Positions 8,205 to 16,030 of a stretch of 32,000 bases of DNA are shown here, piece by piece. Position numbers and translations under genes: made by a program. The first letter of the stretch is position 1, and every line of letters starts with the position of its first letter. Under the pieces are notes generated by a model. The model saw only the letters and a program-made list of their open reading frames with translations. It was not told the origin of the DNA and searched no databases. Source of the DNA: Synechococcus elongatus PCC 6301. Lineage in GTDB: Bacteria; Cyanobacteriota; Cyanobacteriia; Synechococcales; Synechococcaceae. The DNA lies in assembly GCF_000010065.1 (NCBI RefSeq), contig NC_006576.1, positions 2,400,001 to 2,432,000 on the forward strand. Reading direction: 5' to 3'.

Positions 8205-9572
8205 ATGGCTACTTTCTTCTCGCCGTTTCAGATTCAGCTGGGTTTGGGTGCTATCCCCCTTCAAGTCGGAGAGGCTTGCGATCGTCCCGCCCGATCGCTC
8301 ACGACCGATTCCCGCCAGATCCAACCCGGCGACATTTTTCTGGCCTTGCGGGGCGATCGCTTTGATGGCCATGACTTTGTCGCTCAAGCCCTTGCCGATG
8401 GTGCGATCGCTGCGATCGTCGATAGGGACTATCAGCCGCCCAGTGATTTAGCCGCGGGCCATCTCCTGCAAGTGGACAATACCCTTTGGGCTTATCAGGA
8501 AGTGGCGCGGCTCTGGCGACAGCGCTGTTCCTTGCCCCTGATTGGCATCACAGGATCCGTGGGCAAAACCACGACAAAAGAACTGATCGCCGCGATGCTG
8601 GCGGTGCGCGGGCCGGTGCTGAAACCGGAGGCCAACTACAACAACGAAATCGGCGTTCCCAAGACCGTTTTGCAGATCGATCCCGATCACCATTGGGCAG
8701 CCGTGCTGGAAATGGGAATGCGCGGCCGTGGTCAAATTGCCGAGCTAGCCCGCATTGCCCAGCCAAATATTGCGGTGATCACCAACGTCGGCACAGCCCA
8801 TATCGGTCTACTCGGATCCGAACAGGCGATCGCGGAAGCCAAGTGTGAACTGCTGGCGCAACTGTCCGGCACAGGGCTGGCAATTTTGAACGCTGATAAC
8901 CACCGCCTGATCGCGACGGCTCAACGGCTGAACTTACCGCGCTGTCGCACCTATGGCTTGCAGAATGGCGACTTGCAGGGTCAGCTTATTGATCTAGAAA
9001 CCTTGGTTGTTGAGGGTCAGCGCTTCCGGCTGCCGTTGCCCGGGGCTCACAACGCTCTTAACTTCCTCGCGGGTCTGGCGATCGCTCAGGAATTGGGGCT
9101 GGACTGGGAGGCTTTCCGCGACTTAAGCGTGACGCTGCCCCAAGGTCGGGCGCGGCGCATTGAACTGTCGCCGGATATCGTCCTGCTTGATGAAACCTAC
9201 AACGCGGGCTTGGAGTCGATGTTGGCAGCGCTGCAGCTTTTGGCGGATACGCCGGGCCAACGCCGGATTGCAGTGCTGGGCACGATGAAGGAATTGGGCG
9301 ATTTCAGCGAAACCTACCATCGCCAAGTTGGCGAAAAAGCGGCTGCCCTCGGTCTCGATCGCCTCTTGATCTATGCTGACCCGACAGAAGCGGCTGCCAT
9401 GCAAGCGGGAGCTTCTGCGATCGCCACGCAGATCTTCACCAACGCTGAGGATTTGCTAAGCGAGCTCCGCCAGTCTGTCCAGACGGGCGATCGCCTGCTG
9501 TTTAAAGCCTCGCGCAGTGTCGCCCTCGATCGCATCCTCGCGGACTTTGTGGCAGTCTACAGTGCTGTCTGA
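8205..9572 (+). CDS. murF: UDP-N-acetylmuramoyl-tripeptide--D-alanyl-D-alanine ligase
   Basis: Contains DSRQIQPGDIFLALRGDRFDGHDF, the Mur-ligase P-loop GITGSVGKTTTKE, and NADN/DETYNA motifs. Length is 455 aa. Confidence 0.9.
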   Translation: MATFFSPFQIQLGLGAIPLQVGEACDRPARSLTTDSRQIQPGDIFLALRGDRFDGHDFVAQALADGAIAAIVDRDYQPPSDLAAGHLLQVDNTLWAYQEVARLWRQRCSLPLIGITGSVGKTTTKELIAAMLAVRGPVLKPEANYNNEIGVPKTVLQIDPDHHWAAVLEMGMRGRGQIAELARIAQPNIAVITNVGTAHIGLLGSEQAIAEAKCELLAQLSGTGLAILNADNHRLIATAQRLNLPRCRTYGLQNGDLQGQLIDLETLVVEGQRFRLPLPGAHNALNFLAGLAIAQELGLDWEAFRDLSVTLPQGRARRIELSPDIVLLDETYNAGLESMLAALQLLADTPGQRRIAVLGTMKELGDFSETYHRQVGEKAAALGLDRLLIYADPTEAAAMQAGASAIATQIFTNAEDLLSELRQSVQTGDRLLFKASRSVALDRILADFVAVYSAV

Positions 9573-9614
9573 GCGACGTGAAGAAATGTTAACCTCAGCC
9601 TTGGACGATGTGGA

Positions 9615-10130
9615 GTGCAAGCTGTGAAAGTGTGGCAACGCTGGGTCAAAGGATTGGTACTCGCGATCGCGATCGCATTGGTTGTGGCGCCGACTGCTGC
9701 TTGGGCAGCCAGTTCCGCAGCGATTCGTGCCTTTGATGATGCGGAGGTCACCCGCCAAGACTATTCCGGCCAAAGCCTGATTCAAGCGGAATTTGCCAGC
9801 GTCCGGCTCAAGGGCGTCAGCTTCCGAGGCGCTGATTTGCGCGGCGCAGTTTTCAATGGCGTCGATCTGCGTGAGGCCAACTTTGAAGATGCGGATTTCA
9901 CCGACGGCATCGCCTACGTCAGCGATCTGCGCAATGTCAATTTCCGCAATGCCAATCTCACCTCGGCCATGTTGCTGCAATCAGAACTGCAAGGCTCTGA
10001 TGTGACCGGTGCTGATTTCAGCTTTGCGGTGCTCAGCAAGCAACAAATTACAGCGCTCTGTGAAACTGCCAGCGGCACTAACCCCAAAACGGGCGCGGAT
10101 ACCCGTGAGTCGCTCGGCTGCCCCGACTAA
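9615..10130 (+). CDS. pentapeptide-repeat protein with N-terminal signal peptide (probably lumenal or periplasmic)
   Basis: Signal-like N-terminus WVKGLVLAIAIALVVAPTAAWA followed by A(D/N)LxG-type pentapeptide repeats (ADLRGAVFNGVDLREANFEDADFTDG..NFRNANLTSA). The start is GTG 9615, with GTG alternatives at 9624 and 9630. Confidence 0.85.
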   Translation: MQAVKVWQRWVKGLVLAIAIALVVAPTAAWAASSAAIRAFDDAEVTRQDYSGQSLIQAEFASVRLKGVSFRGADLRGAVFNGVDLREANFEDADFTDGIAYVSDLRNVNFRNANLTSAMLLQSELQGSDVTGADFSFAVLSKQQITALCETASGTNPKTGADTRESLGCPD

Positions 10131-10215
10131 ATCTCAATCGATGACTCAACTCAGCGATCGCTTCTGGACTAAAGGGGCGATCGCTTGTTCTCTTTTTGGG
10201 GAAAATTGACTTCCT

Positions 10216-10956
10216 ATGGACCCAGTCAGCACCAGTTCTGCGCAGCCTGCCACAACTGTCCAAGGCTTGCCGACGGTTATCCTGCCGGGCTACTTAGCGG
10301 GTGCTGCACCCTATCAGCCCTTGGCACAGTGGCTGAGCGATCGCGGTTTTCTAACCACGGTGGTGCCGCTCCAACGCAGCGACTGGTTCCCGACTTTGGG
10401 CGGTAGACCCGTGACGCCGATCCTAGAGGCGCTGGAAGCGACGGTTGCTCAAGTTCTGGCAGCCACAGGTGCAGCGAAAATCAATTTGATCGGCCATTCA
10501 GCCGGCGGCTGGATTTCACGAATTTGGTTGGGCGATCGCCCCTATGGGCCGACTCAGCAGGCTTGGCAGGGACGCGATCGCACGGCAGTGCTGATCTGCC
10601 TTGGCACCCCGCACCGCAGCCAAGAGCGCTGGACACGCCGCAATATCGATTTCGTCAATGAGCACTATCCAGATGCATTCTTCAAAGATGTTCGCTACGT
10701 CTGTGTCGCCGGTAAAGCCGTACAGGGGGCGCGCCGCTGGGGACAGTGGGTGGCTTACAACAGCTACAGCTTAACGATCGGTCAAGGCGACAGTTGGGGC
10801 GATGGGATCACGCCGATCGCGGCCGCCCACCTCGAAGGCGCTTTGAATCTAACCTACGAGGCGGTCTATCACTCACCCCGCCCGAATCGACTCTGGTATG
10901 GCAGCCCAGAAATTGCCGAACAGTGGCGATCGCACCTGGTTACAACAGCGGCGTAA
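10216..10956 (+). CDS. alpha/beta-hydrolase fold protein (lipase/esterase-like)
   Basis: Contains the GHSAGG nucleophile elbow (LIGHSAGGWISR) after a beta-strand VILPGY. Length is 246 aa. Confidence 0.7.
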   Translation: MDPVSTSSAQPATTVQGLPTVILPGYLAGAAPYQPLAQWLSDRGFLTTVVPLQRSDWFPTLGGRPVTPILEALEATVAQVLAATGAAKINLIGHSAGGWISRIWLGDRPYGPTQQAWQGRDRTAVLICLGTPHRSQERWTRRNIDFVNEHYPDAFFKDVRYVCVAGKAVQGARRWGQWVAYNSYSLTIGQGDSWGDGITPIAAAHLEGALNLTYEAVYHSPRPNRLWYGSPEIAEQWRSHLVTTAA

Positions 10957-11092
10957 CGACCAGCGCAGCAACGACTCCAGCAACGTAACGTTTCTCCTGC
11001 GATCGCTGTGGATCAGGGTTGGCTTTGCCACCATCGGGAAGTGACCCGCGATCGGGGCGGGCCTTGGCTTTTCAGTCCCCAGGAGCAAGCGC

Positions 11093-12619
11093 ATGAAGCT
11101 GGCCTATTGGATGTATGCAGGCCCTGCCCATATCGGCACGCTGCGCATTTCCAGTTCCTTCCGCAACGTGCACGCGATCATGCATGCGCCCTTGGGCGAT
11201 GACTACTTCAACGTCATGCGATCGATGTTGGAGCGGGAGCGCAACTTTACGCCGGTGACGACCAGTGTGGTCGATCGCAATGTGCTGGCTCGCGGCTCTC
11301 AGGAAAAGGTAATCGACAACATTCTGCGCAAGGACACGGAGGAGCGGCCCGACCTGATCGTGCTGACCCCCACCTGTACCTCCAGCATCCTGCAGGAAGA
11401 TCTCCAGAACTTTGTCGAGCGGGCCAAGGAAAGTGCTCAGTGCGATGTCCTACTAGCGGACGTCAACCACTACCGCGTCAACGAGTTGCAAGCTGCCGAC
11501 CGCACCCTGGAACAGATTGTCCGCTTTTACCTCGATCGCGCCCAACGGCAAGGCACGCTCCCGAGTCAGCGGACGGAGCAGCCCTCCGTCAATATCTTGG
11601 GCATGACCACTCTCGGCTTCCACAACCGCCACGACACCACCGAACTGCAGCGCTTGATGGCGGACTTGGGGATTACCGTGAACGCAGTGATCCCAGCGGG
11701 TGCTTCTGTAGAAGAACTCCAGCATCTCCCCCGTGCTTGGTTTAACCTCGTGCCCTACCGTGAGGTGGGGCTGCTGACGGCACAGTACCTCCAGGACACC
11801 TTTGATCAGCCAATGGTGGCGATCGCGCCCATGGGCATTACTGCTACGGCAGACTGCATTCGCCAAATTCAACAGGTCTTGAATCAGCAGGGCGCTGCGG
11901 TCGATTTTGAACCCTTTATCGATCGCCAGACGCGCTTTGCCTCGGAAGCCGCTTGGTTTAGCCATTCCATCGACTGTCAGAACCTGACGGGCAAACGAGC
12001 CGTGGTCTTTGGCGACAACACCCATGCGGCGGCCTTCACCAAAATCCTCAGCCGCGAGATGGGTATTCATGTCGTGCTGGCTGGCACCTACTGCAAACAC
12101 GATGCCGACTGGTTTGAGGCAGAAGTGGCAGGGTATTGCGACCGCGTGCTGATCAGTGATGACCACAACGCCATTGCCGACGCGATCGCGGAGCTTGAAC
12201 CAGCCGCGATTTTTGGCACCCAAATGGAGCGCCATGTCGGCAAGCGGCTCAATATTCCCTGCGGCGTTATCGCGGCGCCAGTCCACATCCAGAATTTTCC
12301 CGTTGGCTATCGTCCCTTTGTCGGATATGAAGGTGCGAACCAAATCGTCGATTTGGTCTATAACAGCTTCACCCTCGGCATGGAGGATCACCTGCTAGAA
12401 ATCTTTGGCGGCCATGACACCAAGGAAGTGCTGACCAAAACAGTTTCCGCCGGTAGCGATCTCGACTGGAAACCCGATGGGCTGACGGAACTGAACCGCA
12501 TTCCCGGCTTCGTGCGCGGCAAAGTCAAGCGCAACACCGAGAAATATGCGAGGGAGCAAGGGCTGACGGCCATTACCGCTGAAGTGCTCTACGCTGCCAA
12601 GGAGGCACTCGGGGCGTGA
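11093..12619 (+). CDS. chlB: light-independent protochlorophyllide reductase subunit B
   Basis: [58 protein letters not shown] is the characteristic ChlB N-terminus. Length is 508 aa. AGGAGC lies upstream of the ATG. Confidence 0.95.
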   Translation: MKLAYWMYAGPAHIGTLRISSSFRNVHAIMHAPLGDDYFNVMRSMLERERNFTPVTTSVVDRNVLARGSQEKVIDNILRKDTEERPDLIVLTPTCTSSILQEDLQNFVERAKESAQCDVLLADVNHYRVNELQAADRTLEQIVRFYLDRAQRQGTLPSQRTEQPSVNILGMTTLGFHNRHDTTELQRLMADLGITVNAVIPAGASVEELQHLPRAWFNLVPYREVGLLTAQYLQDTFDQPMVAIAPMGITATADCIRQIQQVLNQQGAAVDFEPFIDRQTRFASEAAWFSHSIDCQNLTGKRAVVFGDNTHAAAFTKILSREMGIHVVLAGTYCKHDADWFEAEVAGYCDRVLISDDHNAIADAIAELEPAAIFGTQMERHVGKRLNIPCGVIAAPVHIQNFPVGYRPFVGYEGANQIVDLVYNSFTLGMEDHLLEIFGGHDTKEVLTKTVSAGSDLDWKPDGLTELNRIPGFVRGKVKRNTEKYAREQGLTAITAEVLYAAKEALGA

Positions 12620-12675
12620 TCCCGCTGCCTAGCCAGTGCTGTTAGGATGCGAATGCTGTTGTCTGCGATGCAATC

Positions 12676-13020
12676 GTGACTTTACCGGAATTGCCTGCCC
12701 AGCCTGAACTGCTGAAAGCAATTTTGGAACCGCTGCTCGATGACTTTCTCTTCTGGTTTGATCGGGCAGAACAATTGCTGACCAAAGAGTCGATTGACTT
12801 CCTGACGCCAGAAGAGCAGGCTGCCCTTTGCAATCGCTTAGCGGTCGCCACCGCTGAGGTGCGATCGACCCAAGCGCTGTTCAAGGCGATGGACGGCAGT
12901 ATCGGCATCGAAGTTGCAGTCATGAAGCCTTGGCATGCCTTGGTGACTGAGTGCTGGCAAATTGGTGCCCGCTGGCGGCGAGAGCAAGCACAGCAATTGC
13001 CCCCCGAGACGTCACAATAA
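12676..13020 (+). CDS. conserved hypothetical protein (114 aa)
   Basis: GTG-initiated ORF that fills the gap after chlB and has coding-like composition. No catalytic motif recognised. Confidence 0.5.
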   Translation: MTLPELPAQPELLKAILEPLLDDFLFWFDRAEQLLTKESIDFLTPEEQAALCNRLAVATAEVRSTQALFKAMDGSIGIEVAVMKPWHALVTECWQIGARWRREQAQQLPPETSQ

Positions 13021-13029
13021 AACTAGTCC

Positions 13030-13392
13030 TTGGTGCCTGAACAGACAGGAGGTTTGGTGGTGCTGCAAGCAATCTATATCCTGCTGTTCGCCGTGCTGGC
13101 TATTTTGGCGTTTGCCAATCTGTTCCGCAGTTTGTTTAGCCTGGGCATTGCCAGTCAGCGCGTGACCCAGGCCCCGGCTTGGGATGGGGCCTCAGTGCCT
13201 CATGAACCCCGTCAGCCCACGCTTCATCCGGAGTTGCTGGACGATCGCGGTCGCCTGATCAATGAGCCGTTGTTGGTGATGCGGCAGATCAGCGTCGAAG
13301 ATGTGCGCGATCGCCTTGATGCGCTCTACGAAGCGTCACCGGAAAATAAAGGTGGCGACAGCGAAGAGCCCCCCACCGCTCCGCTCGCCTAA
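13030..13392 (+). CDS. hypothetical membrane-anchored protein (120 aa)
   Basis: One N-terminal TM helix (LQAIYILLFAVLAILAFANLF) followed by an acidic soluble tail. It starts 9 nt after the previous gene. The exact start is uncertain. Confidence 0.5.
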   Translation: MVPEQTGGLVVLQAIYILLFAVLAILAFANLFRSLFSLGIASQRVTQAPAWDGASVPHEPRQPTLHPELLDDRGRLINEPLLVMRQISVEDVRDRLDALYEASPENKGGDSEEPPTAPLA

Positions 13393-14025
13393 TTACCAAT
13401 CGCTCCAATCATCGCGCGCGGCAGGCTCGGCGGGCGTTGCCAACAGTTTTGCAGCGATCGCCCCTCCTACAAAGCCAAAAAGGTGGCCTTCCCAGGAGAC
13501 GCCATCTTGCAGCGGCAGCACGCCCCAAATCAAGCTGCCGTAGAGGAAGAAAGCAACAACCGCAAAAATCAGCGTCGGGAGACTACGGTCAAACAAACTA
13601 GAGCTGAGCAGAAAGCCAAAGAAGCCAAATACTAGGCCACTCGCCCCAACATGAACTGATCGGGCCGATCCAAAGAGCCAAACCCCCAAGCCACTGACCA
13701 GCAGCGTGATTCCCAACGTCACCCAAAAGTCGCGCAGACTGCGGAGGATGATCAGCCCACCTAAAACCAGGAACGGTACGGTGTTCGCAAGCAGGTGGGC
13801 CAAGTTGAGGTGGAGGAAGGGCGCAAACAAAATGCCCCAAAGTCCGCCGAGATTGCGCGGGCGAATGCCGTAGAAGACCAAGCGATTGCTGAACAGCAGA
13901 CTGTTGACTAGGGCGATCGCCCACATTGTTCCCAACAGGATTCCGAGGGACTGTACGCCTGCACCCCACTGCACCAGCGCGGTGCGTTTGGGCGGTTGGG
14001 GATCGAGAGGAGCCGTCATCGTCAA
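13393..14025 (-). CDS. rhomboid-family intramembrane serine protease
   Basis: Polytopic membrane protein with GASGLVFGFFG (GxSG catalytic Ser) and a later WEGHLFGFVGGAIA (catalytic His in an HxxGxxxG helix). Confidence 0.8.
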   Translation of the reverse strand: MTMTAPLDPQPPKRTALVQWGAGVQSLGILLGTMWAIALVNSLLFSNRLVFYGIRPRNLGGLWGILFAPFLHLNLAHLLANTVPFLVLGGLIILRSLRDFWVTLGITLLVSGLGVWLFGSARSVHVGASGLVFGFFGFLLSSSLFDRSLPTLIFAVVAFFLYGSLIWGVLPLQDGVSWEGHLFGFVGGAIAAKLLATPAEPAARDDWSDW

Positions 14026-14061
14026 TCTCAGAGCACTTGGGTTCCGGCGATCGCTGCCAGT

Positions 14062-14520
14062 TTACCAGCCGTGCAGTTTGCGTTTGAGTTGATCGAGTTC
14101 CTGGCGTAGCAGCGTGACTTCTTCGCGTAGAGTGGTCTGGCCGAGAACCAAATCCAGCCGCTGGGCGATCGCTTCTTGCAGCAGATCCGCTTCCGATAAA
14201 CCTTGATCCTGAGCCTGTTGCTGGAGTTGCTGTTGCCAACTGCGGGGGCAGGCCGTGCCCAACCAGACGCGATCGCTACCGTTCCCTTGCCGGAGCCGTT
14301 GCAAAAGGCGTTGCTGTAAGTCCGGATCGAGCAGCACTAAATCTAAGGCCGCCTCGATCACATCGCCAGCATGGACGGCGTAGCGATCGCAAAAGGTTTC
14401 AAACTCGCGGGGCAGGAGTTGCAGCGGGCGATCGCTCAGTTCGGGGCCGGTCGTGAGGCTTCCTTCCCGTGCGATGGGCGTTCGCGATCGCTTTTTGAGG
14501 CGGTCAAAGGCGTCAGTCAT
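14062..14520 (-). CDS. mcdB: McdB-like carboxysome-positioning adaptor (152 aa)
   Basis: Its start overlaps the stop of the upstream ParA-like gene (TGATG). It has a basic, disordered N-terminus (MTDAFDRLKKRSRTPIAREGS..) and a Q-rich predicted coiled coil (WQQQLQQQAQDQ...LLRQELDQLKRKL). The C-terminus is ..KLHGW. There is no HTH or ParB fold. This matches the published McdB hallmarks and the 152-aa size I recall for S. elongatus McdB. Confidence 0.7.
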   Translation of the reverse strand: MTDAFDRLKKRSRTPIAREGSLTTGPELSDRPLQLLPREFETFCDRYAVHAGDVIEAALDLVLLDPDLQQRLLQRLRQGNGSDRVWLGTACPRSWQQQLQQQAQDQGLSEADLLQEAIAQRLDLVLGQTTLREEVTLLRQELDQLKRKLHGW

Positions 14521-15284
14521 CAGCAGCCCAGCTTTTCAAGGATCGTCCGGAAAGGATACTCCAGATCGGCATACCCCAGCGCTGCCAAACTCACGCCTTG
14601 GTCGATCGCCTTTTTAAATTGCTCCGATTCCAAAATTGAGGGCAAGATCGGATGGCCTGCGGCAACTTCCTGCATCGATTCCAAACTTTTCTGGCTCTGC
14701 TTGGCTTGGGTACGACCCAACCAGCGATCGCGGAAGGGCAAAATCCCCAGAATCTGTCCCTGAAAGGCTTCCACCTCGCTCATTTCCGCCACGAGGTCGA
14801 GGGTGCGCAAGAGTGAGTTCAGTCCTTTGGAAGAAGCCTCAGCGGGGATCAAGAGCTGATCGGCCGCGCCCACACTGGTCATGCAGAGCTGCGATCGCTG
14901 GGGCGGCGCATCGATCACGCAAAAGTCAAATTGATCCTGCAAAGGACTCAACCGCCGCCGCAAAACAATCGCCCCCATCCCACTTGTCGCTAAAAAATCT
15001 TGGGCGCTATCTAAAGCATCATCAGCGGGGATCAGGGCGAGGCGATCGTCCAAGTTCCACAAACTATCAACGACATCAACTTCTTTTTTGAGCACTTCCA
15101 GTAAGGTAGCTTGCTCAGAACTCAGCTCACAGCCTAGATAAAAACTCAAGCTGGATTGCGGATCAGCATCGATCATCAACACGCGCTTACCCCGCGCCGC
15201 CAGCGATCGCCCGAGGAAAAGTGCCGTGGTGGTTTTTCCTTGTCCGCCTGAGAGCGACGCGCATGTGACCGTCAGCATCGACAA
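14520..15284 (-). CDS. mcdA: McdA-like ParA/MinD-family ATPase (carboxysome positioning)
   Basis: The deviant Walker A reads SGGQGKTT (15251..15231), with Ser where classical ParA has the signature Lys (KGGxxGKT). ParA-fold motifs present include MIDADPQ and DFCVIDAPP. GGGAGG sits 6 nt upstream of the ATG. Confidence 0.8.
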   Translation of the reverse strand: MSMLTVTCASLSGGQGKTTTALFLGRSLAARGKRVLMIDADPQSSLSFYLGCELSSEQATLLEVLKKEVDVVDSLWNLDDRLALIPADDALDSAQDFLATSGMGAIVLRRRLSPLQDQFDFCVIDAPPQRSQLCMTSVGAADQLLIPAEASSKGLNSLLRTLDLVAEMSEVEAFQGQILGILPFRDRWLGRTQAKQSQKSLESMQEVAAGHPILPSILESEQFKKAIDQGVSLAALGYADLEYPFRTILEKLGC

Positions 15285-15304
15285 CCTCCCAAAGCGAAGA
15301 CGAA

Positions 15305-15310
15305 ATTATA
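15305..15310 (-). promoter_or_regulatory. candidate -10 box for mcdA
   Basis: Perfect TATAAT on the minus strand (plus-strand attata, 15305-15310), about 20 nt upstream of the mcdA ATG. No convincing -35 element. Confidence 0.3.
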
Positions 15311-15384
15311 GACCGGATTGCAAACTAAATTGCCTCCCTTCTTTTTTCTTCAGGCAAGGCGCTATTCTTAGTGCTGATCACCAC

Positions 15385-15413
15385 TTGGGTAAAGCTCTGG
15401 TCAGCTCTACACT
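15385..15413 (+). promoter_or_regulatory. candidate sigma-70-type promoter for the CurT-like gene
   Basis: TTGGGT (15385-15390), a 17-nt spacer, then TACACT (15408-15413), about 35 nt upstream of ATG 15449. Confidence 0.3.
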
Positions 15414-15448
15414 GAGTTGCTGGTTTTGTGTCATCCCCCGTACTCGCT

Positions 15449-15898
15449 ATGACTTCCGAATCCAACCTGCCTGAATCTGCTGTGTCGCAGTCGGTGCGTC
15501 TGGAAGCCCCTCCCCAAGAAGCCTCACCAACGCCCGATAGTGGTGCTCCGCTCACCCTGCCGAGCAGCAATTCTGGCACCACTGCGAGTGAGGTTCAGGA
15601 ATTGCTTCAGCAGGTGGTTGAATGGCTGTCGATCGATAAGCTAGTCACCCTCTTCCAGCAGTATCGCCAACCGGTAATTGCCGTTGGTTTGGCGATCGCA
15701 ACCGTCATTCTTTTGAAAGTTGCCCTAGCGATTCTCGGCGCGATCAACGAAGTTCCGCTGCTCGAACCCACCTTCGAAATTGTTGGTTTGGGTTACTCGG
15801 CTTGGTTTATTTACCGCTACTTGCTCAAAGCTGAAAGCCGCAGCGAATTGCTGGCGCGTTTCAACGCCCTCAAAAAACAAGTACTGGGTGAGCGCTAA
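15449..15898 (+). CDS. curT: CAAD/CURT1-family thylakoid membrane protein (CurT-like)
   Basis: Disordered, acidic N-terminus followed by two adjacent TM helices (VIAVGLAIATVILLKVALAILGAI / FEIVGLGYSAWFIYRYLL) and an amphipathic tail. This is the CAAD-domain layout. ATG 15449 is preferred over GTG 15428. Confidence 0.65.
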   Translation: MTSESNLPESAVSQSVRLEAPPQEASPTPDSGAPLTLPSSNSGTTASEVQELLQQVVEWLSIDKLVTLFQQYRQPVIAVGLAIATVILLKVALAILGAINEVPLLEPTFEIVGLGYSAWFIYRYLLKAESRSELLARFNALKKQVLGER

Positions 15899-15921
15899 TT
15901 TTTCTGGCGTCATCGCTGTCT

Positions 15922-15946
15922 GGGGGGCTAACCAGCCCCCTTTTTG
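15922..15946 (+). terminator. rho-independent terminator after the CurT-like gene
   Basis: GGGGGCT (15923-15929), loop AACC, AGCCCCC (15934-15940), then TTTTT (15941-15945). Confidence 0.8.
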
Positions 15947-16030
15947 TAGCAGCGGTCACGGACAAGATCACTGAGCGCTGATCAGACCAATTTGATACGC
16001 TAGCCTAAATAACCTTTGGGAACGGGACGA

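Noticed and set aside
6700-8300. A tnpA (Y1 HUH transposase) companion to tnpB
   Set aside because: No ORF of about 130-160 aa with HUH and Tyr motifs exists on either strand between the flanking DUF362-like and murF genes. The element is therefore called non-autonomous.
9456-9980. 174-aa minus-strand ORF opposite the murF end and the pentapeptide gene
   Set aside because: It is antisense to two well-supported genes. Its repeat-like translation is simply the mirror image of the pentapeptide repeats.
9750-10010. DNA-level tandem repeat in the pentapeptide-repeat gene
   Set aside because: The 15-nt periodicity exists only at the protein-motif level. The nucleotide units are too divergent to call a tandem repeat.
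11453-12391. 312-aa ORF on the minus strand inside chlB
   Set aside because: It lies entirely antisense to a gene with unmistakable ChlB sequence. Long shadow ORFs are expected at this GC content, and its translation has no recognisable motif.
13598-14239. 213-aa minus-strand ORF spanning the rhomboid and mcdB-like genes in another frame
   Set aside because: Its Arg/Pro/Ser-rich, low-complexity translation is typical of an off-frame read of GC-rich coding DNA. It conflicts with two better-supported genes.
14520-15284. Calling the ParA-like gene a chromosome or plasmid partition ATPase (Soj/ParA)
   Set aside because: No ParB or HTH partner and no parS-like repeats are nearby, and the signature Walker-A lysine is absent. 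The coupled partner has McdB-like features instead.
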